Positions 1 to 12,704 of a DNA stretch of 13,968 nt are shown here, piece after piece. The position numbers were made by a program, and so were the translations under genes. Source of the stretch: a virus (lineage: Duplodnaviria; Heunggongvirae; Uroviricota; Caudoviricetes); the IMG/VR virus record IMGVR_UViG_2698536458_000002; one strand, 5' to 3'. The notes under the pieces are model-generated. The model searched no databases. It was not told the DNA's origin and saw only the letters and a list, made by a program, of their open reading frames with translations. Each line of letters starts with the position of its first letter. Position 1 is the first letter of the stretch.

Positions 1-2386
1 CCCGCCGCATCTGCGCCGGACTTCCGGCACCGCCCACATAACCACCTTCCGCATAGCCGCGCATCAGCCGGTAGAGATTCCCCACGCCAATCCGGCTGGT
101 TGCCTCCTTCGTGAAGACAAATTCACCACGGTGAACAATCCCCGCTGGCTCATATTTGCCGCCGGTTCCCGTAAATCCCCCGGTTGCAAAATGGAATTTC
201 ACCGCAGCGGCCTGAATGGCTGTACCACCTGACGCGGATGCGCCGCCACCAACAGCCCCGCCAATGGCGCTGCCGATACTCCCGACAATCCCCACCATTG
301 CCTGCTTAAGCAGAATTTCTGTCATCATGGACAGCACGGAGCGGGTGAAGCTGCGCCAGTTCTGTTCACTGCCGGTCAGCATCGCCGCCATATTCTGTGC
401 AATACCATCAAAGGTCTGCGTGGCTGCACTTTTAACCTGTGACATACTGTCCGTGGCGCTCTCTTCCCACTCACTCCAGCCGGACTTCAGGCCTGCCATC
501 CAGCTCCCGCGAAGCTGGTCTTCAGCCGCCCAGGTCTTTTTCTGCTCTGACATGACGTTATTCAGCGCCAGAGGATTATCGCCATACTGTTCCTTCAGGC
601 GCTGTTCCGTGGCTTCCCGCGCTGCCTGCCGGTCAGTCAGCCCCCGGTTTTTCGCATCAATGGCTGCCCGTTTTGCCCGTTGCTGCTGTGCGAATTTATC
701 CGCCTGCTGCGCCAGCGCATTCAGGTGCTCCTGATACGTAACCTTGTCACCAAGTGCAGCCAGCTGGCGTTTGTACTCCAGCGTCTCGTCTTTATGCGCC
801 AGCAGGGATTTCTCCTGTGCGGACAGCTGGCGACGTTGTGCCGCCTCCTCCAGTACCGCGAACTGACTTTCTGCCTTCCACAAATCCCGGCGCTGCTGGC
901 TGATTTTCTCATTCGCTCCGGCATGCTTCTCCAGCGTCCGGAGTTCTGCCTGAAGCGTCAGCAGGGCCGCATGAGCACTGTCTTCCTGACGATCGCCCGC
1001 ATACACCTTCACGCCGGACTGTTTCGGCTTTTTCAGCGTCGCTTCATAATCCTTTTTCGCCGCCGCCATCAGCGTGTTGTAATCTGCCTGCAGGATTTTT
1101 CCGTCTTTCAGTGCCTTGTTCAGTTCTTCCTGACGGGCGGTATATTTCTCCAGCGGCGTCTGCAGCCGTTCGTAAGCCTTCTGCGCCTCTTCGGTATATT
1201 TCAGCCGTGACGCTTCGGTATCGCTCTGCTGCTGCGCATTTTTGTCCTGTTGACGCTGTTGATCTACCCTCTTTTGGGCTGCATCCCGCTCCAGGCGTTT
1301 TTTTTCACGATCATCCCAGTAACGCGCCCGTGCTTCATCGTTAACGAAATAATCATCCTTGCGCAGATTCCAGATGTCGTCTGCTTTCTTAAACGCAGCC
1401 TCTGCCTTAATCAGCATCTCCTGCGCGGTATCAGGACGACCAATATCCAGCACCGCATCCCACATGGATTTGAATGCACGTGCAGTCCTGTCTGCCCAGG
1501 TCTCCAGCGTGCCCATGTTCTCTTTCAGGCGGCGGGTCTGGTCATCAAACCCTTTCGTTGCGGCCTCGTTCGCCGCCTGCAATGCCCCGGCTTCATCGCC
1601 GGAACGCTGCAACTGAGCAACATACGCAATCTGCTCCGCCGTCACGTTATGGAACTGGCGTGCCATCGCCGTCAGCCCCGACGTCGGGTCTGTGGTCAGC
1701 TTCCCGAAGGCTTCAGCGACCTTGTCCACCTCCACGCCGGATGCATAGGAGAAACGCGCCACACTCTGGCTGATGGACGCAATCTGAGCCTCACCGCTTA
1801 CCCCCGCCTTAACCAGTGCGCTGAGTGACTCGCTGGTCTGGTTAAACGTCAGCCCTGCCGCCTGCCCGGCTCTGGACAGGACCAGCATACGATCTGCCGT
1901 CAGTCCCGCCTGATTACCGGAAAGGACCAGCGTTTTGTTGAAATCGGACAGGGTTGAGTTGCCCTGATACCAGGCATACGCCAGCGCACCGGTCGCCACC
2001 GCCAGCGAGGTGGCCCCCACCATCGGCAGGGTGATCGCGCCGGCAAGCCCCCTGAACATGGGGATCATCCCGCCGAAGGAGTCCTTAACCTGACCACCCT
2101 GTTGCAGCAGGATCAGCCAGGGATTCTGCCCCCCTGCAAGCTGCGTGGCCACGTCGGTGAACTGTGCAGGCAGCATACGCATGGCGGCTTTATACTGCCC
2201 GACGGAAATCCCCGCTTTCTGTGCAGCCAGCGCCTGTCGGCTCAGCGACTGTTCAACGACTGCCGCTGTTTTTTTCGCATCACTTTCCGTACCGGAAAAA
2301 TGACGCCTGACTCTGGCCATCTGCTCGTCAAATCTGGCCGCATCCAGACTCAAATCAACGACCAGATCGCCTACCGGTTCAGCCAT
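1..2386 (-). CDS. H: Tail tape-measure protein H, 3'-truncated by the window start (about 795 of about 853 codons present)
   Basis: Minus-strand ATG at 2386..2384 gives MAEPVGDLVVDLSLD..., matching lambda gpH from memory. The frame stays open to base 2. Start lies 8 nt inside the T frame end, as in lambda. No single ORF-track entry because the frame runs off the window. Confidence 0.9.
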   Translation of the reverse strand, partial: MAEPVGDLVVDLSLDAARFDEQMARVRRHFSGTESDAKKTAAVVEQSLSRQALAAQKAGISVGQYKAAMRMLPAQFTDVATQLAGGQNPWLILLQQGGQVKDSFGGMIPMFRGLAGAITLPMVGATSLAVATGALAYAWYQGNSTLSDFNKTLVLSGNQAGLTADRMLVLSRAGQAAGLTFNQTSESLSALVKAGVSGEAQIASISQSVARFSYASGVEVDKVAEAFGKLTTDPTSGLTAMARQFHNVTAEQIAYVAQLQRSGDEAGALQAANEAATKGFDDQTRRLKENMGTLETWADRTARAFKSMWDAVLDIGRPDTAQEMLIKAEAAFKKADDIWNLRKDDYFVNDEARARYWDDREKKRLERDAAQKRVDQQRQQDKNAQQQSDTEASRLKYTEEAQKAYERLQTPLEKYTARQEELNKALKDGKILQADYNTLMAAAKKDYEATLKKPKQSGVKVYAGDRQEDSAHAALLTLQAELRTLEKHAGANEKISQQRRDLWKAESQFAVLEEAAQRRQLSAQEKSLLAHKDETLEYKRQLAALGDKVTYQEHLNALAQQADKFAQQQRAKRAAIDAKNRGLTDRQAAREATEQRLKEQYGDNPLALNNVMSEQKKTWAAEDQLRGSWMAGLKSGWSEWEESATDSMSQVKSAATQTFDGIAQNMAAMLTGSEQNWRSFTRSVLSMMTEILLKQAMVGIVGSIGSAIGGAVGGGASASGGTAIQAAAVKFHFATGGFTGTGGKYEPAGIVHRGEFVFTKEATSRIGVGNLYRLMRGYAEGGYVGGAGSPAQMRR

Positions 2387-3217
2387 ACCGGACTCCTCCT
2401 GCGATCCCTTCTGATACTGTCATCAGCATTACGTCATCCTCCGTCATGTCCGCCACATCCGGGGAAGCGGGGATAACTTCATTCCCGTCCGGGCCAAAGC
2501 GGACACCTCCGGCAAGCCCTGCCGCTTTCTGCATCAGCACATCATCTTCAGGCTCTTCGTCAGCCTCGCGCCGGTTCAGCAGACTGAAATCCAGCGGATG
2601 CATCTCCGGATCGCTGAAAAACAGGCTGAGCACGGTGTACGTCAGCCCGGAAAAGTGCATATCCAGCAGAACATCATGAAAATAATGGGTACTGTAAAAG
2701 CGGTGCCAGTCGGCATACTCCGTGGATGACATCCCGGCAAGCATGGCGCGCCAGTCGGGTCGCCCCATCTCACGCGCCAGTTTCAGGGCAAAACTCAGCT
2801 CACCGTCGAACACTTTCCCGCAGAAACAGGCTCTGCAGGCCCGGCGTCCTCTGCCTGTTCAGGAGCATCATTCACCACAAACTCATACATACCGGACAGC
2901 CGGTACACCACGTTTTCAGCATGAGAAATTGCCTCTGTGGGCCAGGTGGTAAGCACTTCCTGCTCAATCTGTTTAACGGCTTCATTCATGGACGGCATCT
3001 GCGTCTTCTTCGGATGGTTATGCCACAGGGACATCGCAACCACAAAAGCGCCGGTTCTGATGGCGTCTTCCACAGTAAACTTCCGGTTGCTGTCTGACTC
3101 CGCCTGTTCTGCCTGCCGTTTCATCAGGTCGAGATGCTCAATACGCTGCAGGGCTGACAGTTCAGAAAGCGTGACGGTCACACCGTTATGTTCAAATGAT
3201 TCGGTTTTCAGGAACAT
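2379..3217 (-). CDS. Tail assembly chaperone G-T fusion, made by -1 programmed ribosomal frameshift from G into the T frame
   Basis: G frame 3217..2795 contains the slippery heptamer G GGA AAG (plus strand CTTTCCC at 2813..2819) in zero-frame register. The -1 frame continues as ...GKVFDGELSF... to a stop at 2379 (ORF track 2379..2813). The T frame has no plausible independent start. Confidence 0.85.
2795..3217 (-). CDS. G: Tail assembly chaperone G (140 aa)
   Basis: ORF track 2795..3217, MFLKTESFEHNGVTVTLSELSALQRIEHLD...; length and sequence match lambda gpG. 15-nt gap after the V stop, as in lambda. Confidence 0.95.
   Translation of the reverse strand: MFLKTESFEHNGVTVTLSELSALQRIEHLDLMKRQAEQAESDSNRKFTVEDAIRTGAFVVAMSLWHNHPKKTQMPSMNEAVKQIEQEVLTTWPTEAISHAENVVYRLSGMYEFVVNDAPEQAEDAGPAEPVSAGKCSTVS
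2813..2819 (-). other. -1 programmed ribosomal frameshift slippery heptamer (G GGA AAG) for G-T synthesis
   Basis: Heptamer read directly in the zero frame of G at codons 133-135, 6 codons before the G stop. Confidence 0.85.
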
Positions 3218-3232
3218 CGCTGACTCTCCGGA

Positions 3233-3916
3233 TTAACTGGCGGTGACGTTGATTTCTGCAACCGCAGCAAACTCACCATTACCAGATACGACCGGAATGT
3301 TGACCTTGCCTGCAGCAACACCTTTCACGGTGATGGTCATACCACTGACCGACACGGTGGCTTTTGTTTTATCCGCAGACACCGCACGGAAGCTCTTGTC
3401 GGTTGCGCCATCCGGCTGGAATGCCACGGTCAGCGTGGTGCTCTGCCCTTTCACTACGGAAGCACTGGCGGGTGTCACCGTCATGCCGGTCGTCGCCGTC
3501 ACCGTGCTGCGATCTTCTGCCATCGACGGACGTCCCACATTGGTGACCTTCACCGTGCGGGTAATCACCTCCTTCGCCGTCACCGCCTTACCGATACTGC
3601 TGACCCAGCCACGGAACACATCGACCGTGCCGTTCGGGAAGCGGATTTTATAGGCACGGGTATCACCTTCATTAAACCACGCCAGCAGCGCCTGCTGCCC
3701 CTGCTCTCCGGGCATCCACGCCAGCGTGAAATCATCGAGATAGCTGTCGTCATAGGACTCAGCGGTCAGTTCGCCGGGCGTCAGGTCTTTAACTTTTGCC
3801 AGACGCGACCAGTCAACGTCTGAAAGCGGGTTCGCATAAGGGTCACCGCTCCCCTTATAAACCCACAGGGTGGTCCCGGCACCTTTCACCGGCATTGTAG
3901 GATTTGGTACAGGCAT
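3233..3916 (-). CDS. V: Major tail tube protein V (227 aa here, about 19 residues shorter than lambda gpV)
   Basis: ORF track 3233..3946; the real start is the internal ATG at 3916 ([22 protein letters not shown]...), preceded by GAGGA at good spacing. C-terminal Ig-like region ...[19 protein letters not shown] is present. Confidence 0.93.
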   Translation of the reverse strand: MPVPNPTMPVKGAGTTLWVYKGSGDPYANPLSDVDWSRLAKVKDLTPGELTAESYDDSYLDDFTLAWMPGEQGQQALLAWFNEGDTRAYKIRFPNGTVDVFRGWVSSIGKAVTAKEVITRTVKVTNVGRPSMAEDRSTVTATTGMTVTPASASVVKGQSTTLTVAFQPDGATDKSFRAVSADKTKATVSVSGMTITVKGVAAGKVNIPVVSGNGEFAAVAEINVTAS

Positions 3917-3923
3917 AGCGTCC

Positions 3924-4319
3924 TCACATTTCATAGATAATGACATAAGTCAGATCGGCTGAACTCCACAGGCCCGCATCATCGTCGCGCCGGTAGTCAT
4001 AGCCGCTGGCCACCATACTGGTGATCAAATCTGACAGTGCCGGGATATCGCTCATCACCGGATAAATCCGGGACTCCATCCACGAATCCAGCTCTGAATC
4101 CGGCACCTGAGCAGGCAGGAAAACTTCGATATGCAGCTCCGCCTGCCAGGTATCGCTGTCCAGCTCTTCGCCCGTGTATTCAGCGCCGGTGAGATAAACG
4201 GCAATTGCCGGAAAATCTTCCTCATCAAAAACAGCGGGGCGACCATCAAAAAGCGTCGCCCCGGTGTCATGCTTCTCCAGTGCATCCAGTACGGCTGCAC
4301 GGAGTTCAGTATGTTTCAT
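3924..4319 (-). CDS. U: Tail terminator protein U (131 aa)
   Basis: ORF track 3924..4319, [48 protein letters not shown]...; matches lambda gpU. 4-nt overlap with the Z stop. Confidence 0.95.
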   Translation of the reverse strand: MKHTELRAAVLDALEKHDTGATLFDGRPAVFDEEDFPAIAVYLTGAEYTGEELDSDTWQAELHIEVFLPAQVPDSELDSWMESRIYPVMSDIPALSDLITSMVASGYDYRRDDDAGLWSSADLTYVIIYEM

Positions 4320-4894
4320 CGCTTTATTACCATTCTCAGTTGATGCTGCAGCGCATAGCCCAGCTCTTTCGGAAGACGTTCACGCCGTATCCGTTCAATA
4401 TTCTGTTTAAACGCCGTGGTCAGCGGCACCGCCATCGGGATTTTCACCACATCAATGGGGTAACGGTTTTTCCCGGCCACACGCTGCATAACATGCCACC
4501 GGCCGTTTTTCAGTTGCTGAATAAACGCGCCGGGAATACGACGGTTACCCACCACAAGCACGCTGCCGCCACCTTTCAGGGATGAACGCTGCCCCTTTTT
4601 ATGACGCCTGCGGCGGGACAGGACAACCCGCGCATTACCCAGCTTGATTACGGGCAAATCCCCCCGGTTAACTTTGATTCTGGCCTGCGGATTTTTGACC
4701 GTGGCCCTTTTCAGCCTGGCCCTTTCCTTTACCAGTTTCCGGCGTACCTTTGTCTCACGGGCAACCTGTGACGCAGACTGCGATATCGCGGATGAAGCAA
4801 CGCGGTTAATGGCCATTGCGGCGGCACCGGGCACCGCCGTTTTGCTGATACGGCTGAGGTTTTCAACGGCCTGCTCAAGACCTTTTATGGCCAT
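4316..4894 (-). CDS. Z: Tail completion protein Z (192 aa)
   Basis: ORF track 4316..4894, MAIKGLEQAVENLSRISKTAVPGAAAMAINRV...; matches lambda gpZ in length and sequence. Confidence 0.95.
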   Translation of the reverse strand: MAIKGLEQAVENLSRISKTAVPGAAAMAINRVASSAISQSASQVARETKVRRKLVKERARLKRATVKNPQARIKVNRGDLPVIKLGNARVVLSRRRRHKKGQRSSLKGGGSVLVVGNRRIPGAFIQQLKNGRWHVMQRVAGKNRYPIDVVKIPMAVPLTTAFKQNIERIRRERLPKELGYALQHQLRMVIKR

Positions 4895-4905
4895 ACATCC
4901 CCCTT

Positions 4906-5259
4906 TCAGCGGCGACGGTTAACGGCAGGCGGTACGCCCCGTCCAAGCCAGAGATGACAACTTCCGCCATCATCCGGCGAAACCCGATCTACCCAGAAAT
5001 TTTCCTCACCGATGGTCAGCGTGTCTCCACGCCGCAGCTGCCGCACCTCATCAGTCCGGACAAACAGGGACGGGCTGGAGCCTTCAACGCGCACGCCCTG
5101 TCCGGCATAGCTGATATTTTCAGGGTCATCAAAAACACCACGTATCACCGCACCTGACTGCTCACCGGATGTCATGGTGGCTGACGTTCCCATGTACCCG
5201 CGTATCGTTTCATCGGCGCGGGCAATGGCAGCATCGAACAGGTTATCGAAATCAGCCAC
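4906..5259 (-). CDS. FII: Head-tail joining / head completion protein FII (117 aa)
   Basis: ORF track 4906..5259, MADFDNLFDAAIARADETIRGYMGTSATMTSGEQ...; matches lambda gpFII. Confidence 0.95.
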   Translation of the reverse strand: MADFDNLFDAAIARADETIRGYMGTSATMTSGEQSGAVIRGVFDDPENISYAGQGVRVEGSSPSLFVRTDEVRQLRRGDTLTIGEENFWVDRVSPDDGGSCHLWLGRGVPPAVNRRR

Positions 5260-5270
5260 AGCGCCTCCCG

Positions 5271-5669
5271 TTATTGCATTCTGGCCAGGCCGCGCTCTGT
5301 CATTTCGGCTGCCACACCGGCAGAGACACGAAACGCCGTTCCCGGCAGCACAAATGCCACAGGTTTATCCCGCGTGGCGTGAAGTGCATCAGTATGCAGC
5401 GTCACCAGTGCCACGACCGTGACCAGTTCAGCCGTATCCTGAATCACGGTATCCGGCTGCGCTGATACCACCTCATTTTCATGCCCGGTCAGCACATTTT
5501 CCCGGCTGAGAGGGGTGTCCTGACCGGCAGTTTCATCCGTGTCATCAAGCTCTTCTTCCAGCTCTGCCACACGAAGCGCCAGTTCTTCTTTCGTTCCCGT
5601 CAAACTGACATCGCGGTTCAATTGCTCACCCAGCTCCTGAAGACGGGCAATCAGTTCATCTTTCGTCAT
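5271..5669 (-). CDS. FI: DNA packaging / head assembly protein FI (132 aa)
   Basis: ORF track 5271..5708; start chosen at the internal ATG at 5669 (MTKDELIARLQELGEQLNRDVSLTGTKEELALRV...), preceded by GGAGGAG at about 5 nt spacing. Length matches lambda gpFI. Confidence 0.9.
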   Translation of the reverse strand: MTKDELIARLQELGEQLNRDVSLTGTKEELALRVAELEEELDDTDETAGQDTPLSRENVLTGHENEVVSAQPDTVIQDTAELVTVVALVTLHTDALHATRDKPVAFVLPGTAFRVSAGVAAEMTERGLARMQ

Positions 5670-5680
5670 GAACTCCTCCA

Positions 5681-5708
5681 CAGAGAGAAAATGGCCCCGA
5701 AGGGCCAT
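5681..5708 (-). terminator. Stem-loop (7-bp GC-rich stem, UUCG tetraloop) followed by a U/C-rich tract in the E-FI intergenic region; candidate partial terminator or mRNA-stabilising hairpin
   Basis: Sense strand reads TAA-TC-ATGGCCC-TTCG-GGGCCAT-TTTCTCTCTG-TGGAGGAGTTC-ATG. Perfect 7-bp stem 3 nt after the E stop, followed by the FI Shine-Dalgarno. Confidence 0.45.
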
Positions 5709-5710
5709 GA

Positions 5711-6736
5711 TTACGCCAGTTGAACGGACACGAACTCATCAGGATCAGCCAGCAGCATCAGCGGTGCTGACTGAATCATGGTGAACTCACGCGCCGGATC
5801 GCCGGTGGTCACCCAGTTTTTCGGGTAACGGGCAGAAGCGTTAATGCCTTCGCGCTGTGCGTCCGCATCCTGAATGCAGCCATAGGTGCGCAGACCGCGA
5901 GCCTGAGTGTTCCCCAGCACCATCGTGTTGTCCGGCAGGAAGTTCTTTTTGACGCCGTTTTCCACGTACTGTCCGGAATACACGACGATGGCCACATCGC
6001 CATACATTCCCTTATAGGACACCGCTTTGCCCAGGTCTTTTACCGCTGTCTCCAGCTCGGAATGAGAGCCGCGACGGGTATCCAGCTTCTCCTTGACGGC
6101 TTTGAAGGAACGGAACAGCGCCCAGCCTTTCGGGTCAAACACGATGATATTCACCACACCGCTGGCGTTCAGCGCGTAGGCTTCGATATCGTCGGTCGGG
6201 TCATACGTGGACTTGTCACGCTTGCTCCACTCCGTGACGCCGGACTGTGTGATGTTGTTCGCCGCACTGCGGCCCATATCCACCTCAACCGGATCGAAGG
6301 CTTCACCGGTCATGGTGTATTTGCCCTTGAGCACGGCAGAAACTGCCTGCATCTCTTCGACCTGAGCAATGGCCAGCTCTTCGTCACGCATGTTCTGCAT
6401 GATGATGCGACGGCGGCGGTAAGCCGGGTCCGCCAGATTCTGCGGATCTTCATCCGGCAGGCGACGCAGGGTCATCTGCGGATTCACCTCATGCTTGGGT
6501 TTGACATATCCCGGCGTAAATTCAGAGGTGGAGCCGCCACGGGAACGGATAACCTCACCGGAAACAATCGGCGAAACGTACAGCGCCATGTTTACCAGTC
6601 CCGGAATTTGTGAGAGATAGACTTTCTCCGTAGTGAAGGGATAGCTCTCACGGAAAAAGAGACGCAGAAACAGCGGATCAAACTTAAATTTCTGCTCATT
6701 TGCCGCCAGCAGCTGGGCGGTTGTGTACATCGACAT
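5711..6736 (-). CDS. E: Major capsid protein E (341 aa)
   Basis: ORF track 5711..6763; start chosen at the ATG at 6736 (MSMYTTAQLLAANEQKFKFDPLFLRLFFRESYPFTTEKVYLSQIPG...), matching lambda gpE length and sequence. Confidence 0.95.
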   Translation of the reverse strand: MSMYTTAQLLAANEQKFKFDPLFLRLFFRESYPFTTEKVYLSQIPGLVNMALYVSPIVSGEVIRSRGGSTSEFTPGYVKPKHEVNPQMTLRRLPDEDPQNLADPAYRRRRIIMQNMRDEELAIAQVEEMQAVSAVLKGKYTMTGEAFDPVEVDMGRSAANNITQSGVTEWSKRDKSTYDPTDDIEAYALNASGVVNIIVFDPKGWALFRSFKAVKEKLDTRRGSHSELETAVKDLGKAVSYKGMYGDVAIVVYSGQYVENGVKKNFLPDNTMVLGNTQARGLRTYGCIQDADAQREGINASARYPKNWVTTGDPAREFTMIQSAPLMLLADPDEFVSVQLA

Positions 6737-6749
6737 AAAAAAATCCCGT

Positions 6750-6774
6750 AAAAAAAGCCACACAGGCGGCCTTT
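6750..6774 (-). terminator. Short hairpin plus T7 tract in the D-E intergenic region; weak intrinsic-terminator-like element
   Basis: Sense strand reads CTAAAG-GCCGC-CTGT-GTGGC-TTTTTTT-ACGGGATTTTTTT-ATG. 5-bp stem including one G-U pair, 4-nt loop, then a run of 7 T, with a second T7 run directly before the E start. Confidence 0.3.
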
Positions 6775-6791
6775 AGTGATGAAGGGTAAAG

Positions 6792-7124
6792 TTAAACGAT
6801 GCTGATTGCCGTTCCGGCAAACACGGTCCGTTTTTTCGTCTCGTCGCTGGCAGCCTCCGGCCAGAGCACATCCTCATAACGGAACGTGCCGGACTTGTAG
6901 AACGTCAGTGTGGTGCTGGTCTGGTCAGCAGCAACCGCAAGAATGCCAACGGCAGCACCGTCGGTGGTGCCATCCCACGCAACCAGCTTACGGGTGGAGG
7001 TGTCCAGCATCAGCGGGGTCATTGCAGGCGCTTTCGCACTCAATCCGCCGGGCGCGGTTGCGGTATGAGCCGGGTCACTATTGCCCAGCGGCTGGTAATG
7101 GGTAAAGGTTTCTTTGCTCGTCAT
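6792..7124 (-). CDS. D: Head decoration protein D (110 aa)
   Basis: ORF track 6792..7130; start at the second ATG, 7124 ([41 protein letters not shown]...), which has an AAGGGA Shine-Dalgarno at about 7 nt. Matches lambda gpD. Confidence 0.95.
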   Translation of the reverse strand: MTSKETFTHYQPLGNSDPAHTATAPGGLSAKAPAMTPLMLDTSTRKLVAWDGTTDGAAVGILAVAADQTSTTLTFYKSGTFRYEDVLWPEAASDETKKRTVFAGTAISIV

Positions 7125-7133
7125 AAACATCCC

Positions 7134-7739
7134 TTACACTGGTGTGTTCAGCAAATCGTTAACGGCATCAGATGCCGGGTTACCTGCAGCCAGCGGTGCC
7201 GGTGCCCCCTGCATCAGACGATCCAGCGCAGTGTCACTGCGCGTCTGTGCACTCTGTGGTGCTGCGGCCAGAATACGGCGGGCCGTTTCCACGGTCATAC
7301 CGGGGGTTTCGGCCAGCACGCGTGCCTGTTCTTCGCGTCCGTGAGCCTCCTCACAGTTGAGGATCCCCATAATGCGACTGTTTTCTGCCGCAACCGCTGC
7401 GGTGATCTGCGCGTTCACGTCCGGCTGCGCCGCGCTGGCGTTCTCGCCCTCCGTCGCTTGCACCACGCCAGTAACGTCAGCCTGCGAAGCAGTGGCTGAA
7501 ACAGTTGTTGATTGAGTCTCTTTGGTCATTCGCCCTCCTGAGAGACGGGATTTACGTGCATCCAGTGCATCACGCATGACGGTGATCGCATCGGTACTGT
7601 TAACAAGTTCATCAGCCAGTCCGGTATCAATGGCCTCCTGACCGCTGTACACTGCAGCCTCGGTATCCAGCACAGCCTGCACGGACAGGCCGGTATATGC
7701 CGACACCTTCTGTGCAAACATCCGGCGGGTTGCATCCAT
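7134..7739 (-). CDS. Nu3: Scaffolding protein Nu3, in-frame internal start within C (201 aa, sharing the C-terminal frame of C)
   Basis: ATG at 7739..7737 is in frame with C at residue 239 (MDATRRMFAQKVSAYTGLSVQ...). The 606-nt length equals lambda Nu3. The internal start is inferred by homology, not independently visible. Confidence 0.75.
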   Translation of the reverse strand: MDATRRMFAQKVSAYTGLSVQAVLDTEAAVYSGQEAIDTGLADELVNSTDAITVMRDALDARKSRLSGGRMTKETQSTTVSATASQADVTGVVQATEGENASAAQPDVNAQITAAVAAENSRIMGILNCEEAHGREEQARVLAETPGMTVETARRILAAAPQSAQTRSDTALDRLMQGAPAPLAAGNPASDAVNDLLNTPV

Positions 7740-8433
7740 CCGGGACTGCAATGTTTCCCGGACATCATCCGGTAGATGGCTGTAGGGGTTGCCATCCACC
7801 TTATGGCTGCCGCTGTAAATCAGCGTGATTTCCACGCCCTGTTTCTCCAGTGCAGCGCCGTAATTACTGTGAGCCATCATGACGCCGATGGAGCCTGTCC
7901 GGGCGGTCTGCGTGACCAGACGCCGGGAGGCGGCACTGGCAAGCAGCTGACCTGCGCTGCAGTTCATGTCATTGGCCAGCGCCCATACCGGCTTTATGTC
8001 ACGCACACGGGCGATGATGTCAGCGCAGTCAAATGCTCCCGCCACCATTCCGCCCGGTGTGTCCATATCGAGCAGAATGCCGTCCACCATCGGGTCGCTG
8101 GCAGCCTGTTGCAGACGGGCGATAATGCCGTTGTAACCGGTCATCCCCGAGTACGGCTGCAGCGCCCGCGTCCGGCTGACCAGCGTGCCGGACACCGGCA
8201 GCACGGCGATGCCGTTCATTACCTGATAACTGCGGGCCTGTCGTGGTCCGTCATCATCACCGGATAACGCCAGCGCCGCGGGTGCCTCTCCGGCAGTCAG
8301 GCTGTCGCCGGATACTGCATCCGTCAGGCAGCTGATCCCAAGCTGGCCTGCAAGCGCACAAAAGAAAACCCGCGCATAGGCGGGTTCAAGCATCAGCGGC
8401 TCATTAAAAGCCATGCTGGCAATATGCGGGAGA

Positions 8434-8453
<20 letters not shown>
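7134..8453 (-). CDS. C: Capsid assembly protease / minor capsid protein C (439 aa, GTG start)
   Basis: ORF track 7134..8588 (484 aa). Start placed at GTG 8453..8451 (VTAELRNLPHIASMAFNEPLMLEPAYARVFF...), giving the lambda gpC length and the lambda-like 20-nt overlap with the end of B. Confidence 0.88.
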
Positions 8454-12134
<3,681 letters not shown>

Positions 12135-12160
<26 letters not shown>

Positions 12161-12680
12161 TCAGCAACCCCGGTATCAGTTCATCCAGCGCGGCTGCTTT
12201 GTTCATGGCTTTGATGATATCCCGTTTCAGGAAATCAACATGTCGGTTTTCCAGTTCCGGAAAACGCCGCTGCACCGACAGGGGGATCCCGTCGAGAATA
12301 CTGGCAATTTCACCTGCGATCCGCGACAGCACGAAAGTACAGAATGCGGTTTCCACCACTTCAGCGGAGTCTCTGGCATTTTTCAGCTCCTGTGCGTCGG
12401 CCTGCGCACGCGTAAGTCGATGGCGTTCGTACTCAATAGTCCCTGGCTGGAGATCTGTCTCGCTGGCCTGCCGCAGTTCTTCAACTTCCCGGCGCAGCTT
12501 TTCGTTCTCAATTTCAGCATCCCTTTCGGCATACCATCTTATAACGGCGGCAGAGTCATAAAGCACCTCATTACCCTTGCCACCGCCTCGCAGAACGGGC
12601 ATTCCCTGTTCCTGCCAGTTCTGAATGGTACGGATACTCGCACCGAAAATGTCAGCCAGCTGCTTTTTGTTGACTTCCAT
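12135..12680 (-). CDS. Nu1: Terminase small subunit Nu1 (181 aa; cosB-binding winged-helix N-terminus)
   Basis: ORF track 12135..12680, MEVNKKQLADIFGASIRTIQNWQEQGMPVLRGGGKGNEVLYDSAAVIRWYAERDAEIENEKL...; matches lambda gpNu1. Confidence 0.97.
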
Positions 12681-12704
12681 TGTTCATTCCACGGACAAAA
12701 ACAG

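Noticed and set aside
216-2476. Plus-strand ORFs overlapping H (216..734, 680..1210, 1111..1344, 1250..1828, 1359..1616, 1474..1773, 2102..2476) and minus-strand 721..924
   Set aside because: They are antisense or alternative-frame to the GC-rich H gene, which is read through continuously. Their translations are low-complexity and rich in R, L, C and P, and none has a plausible ribosome-binding site. Open antisense frames are expected in GC-rich coding DNA.
2379-2813. T as an independent gene starting at GTG 2813
   Set aside because: That GTG is part of the slippery heptamer and has no ribosome-binding site. T-frame protein is known to be made only as the G-T frameshift product.
3917-3946. 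Upstream extensions of V (3946), D (7130), E (6763) and FI (5708) as given by the longest-ORF track
   Set aside because: In each case the internal ATG has the better Shine-Dalgarno spacing and reproduces the known lambda protein N-terminus and length. The extensions would overlap the preceding gene or intergenic hairpins.
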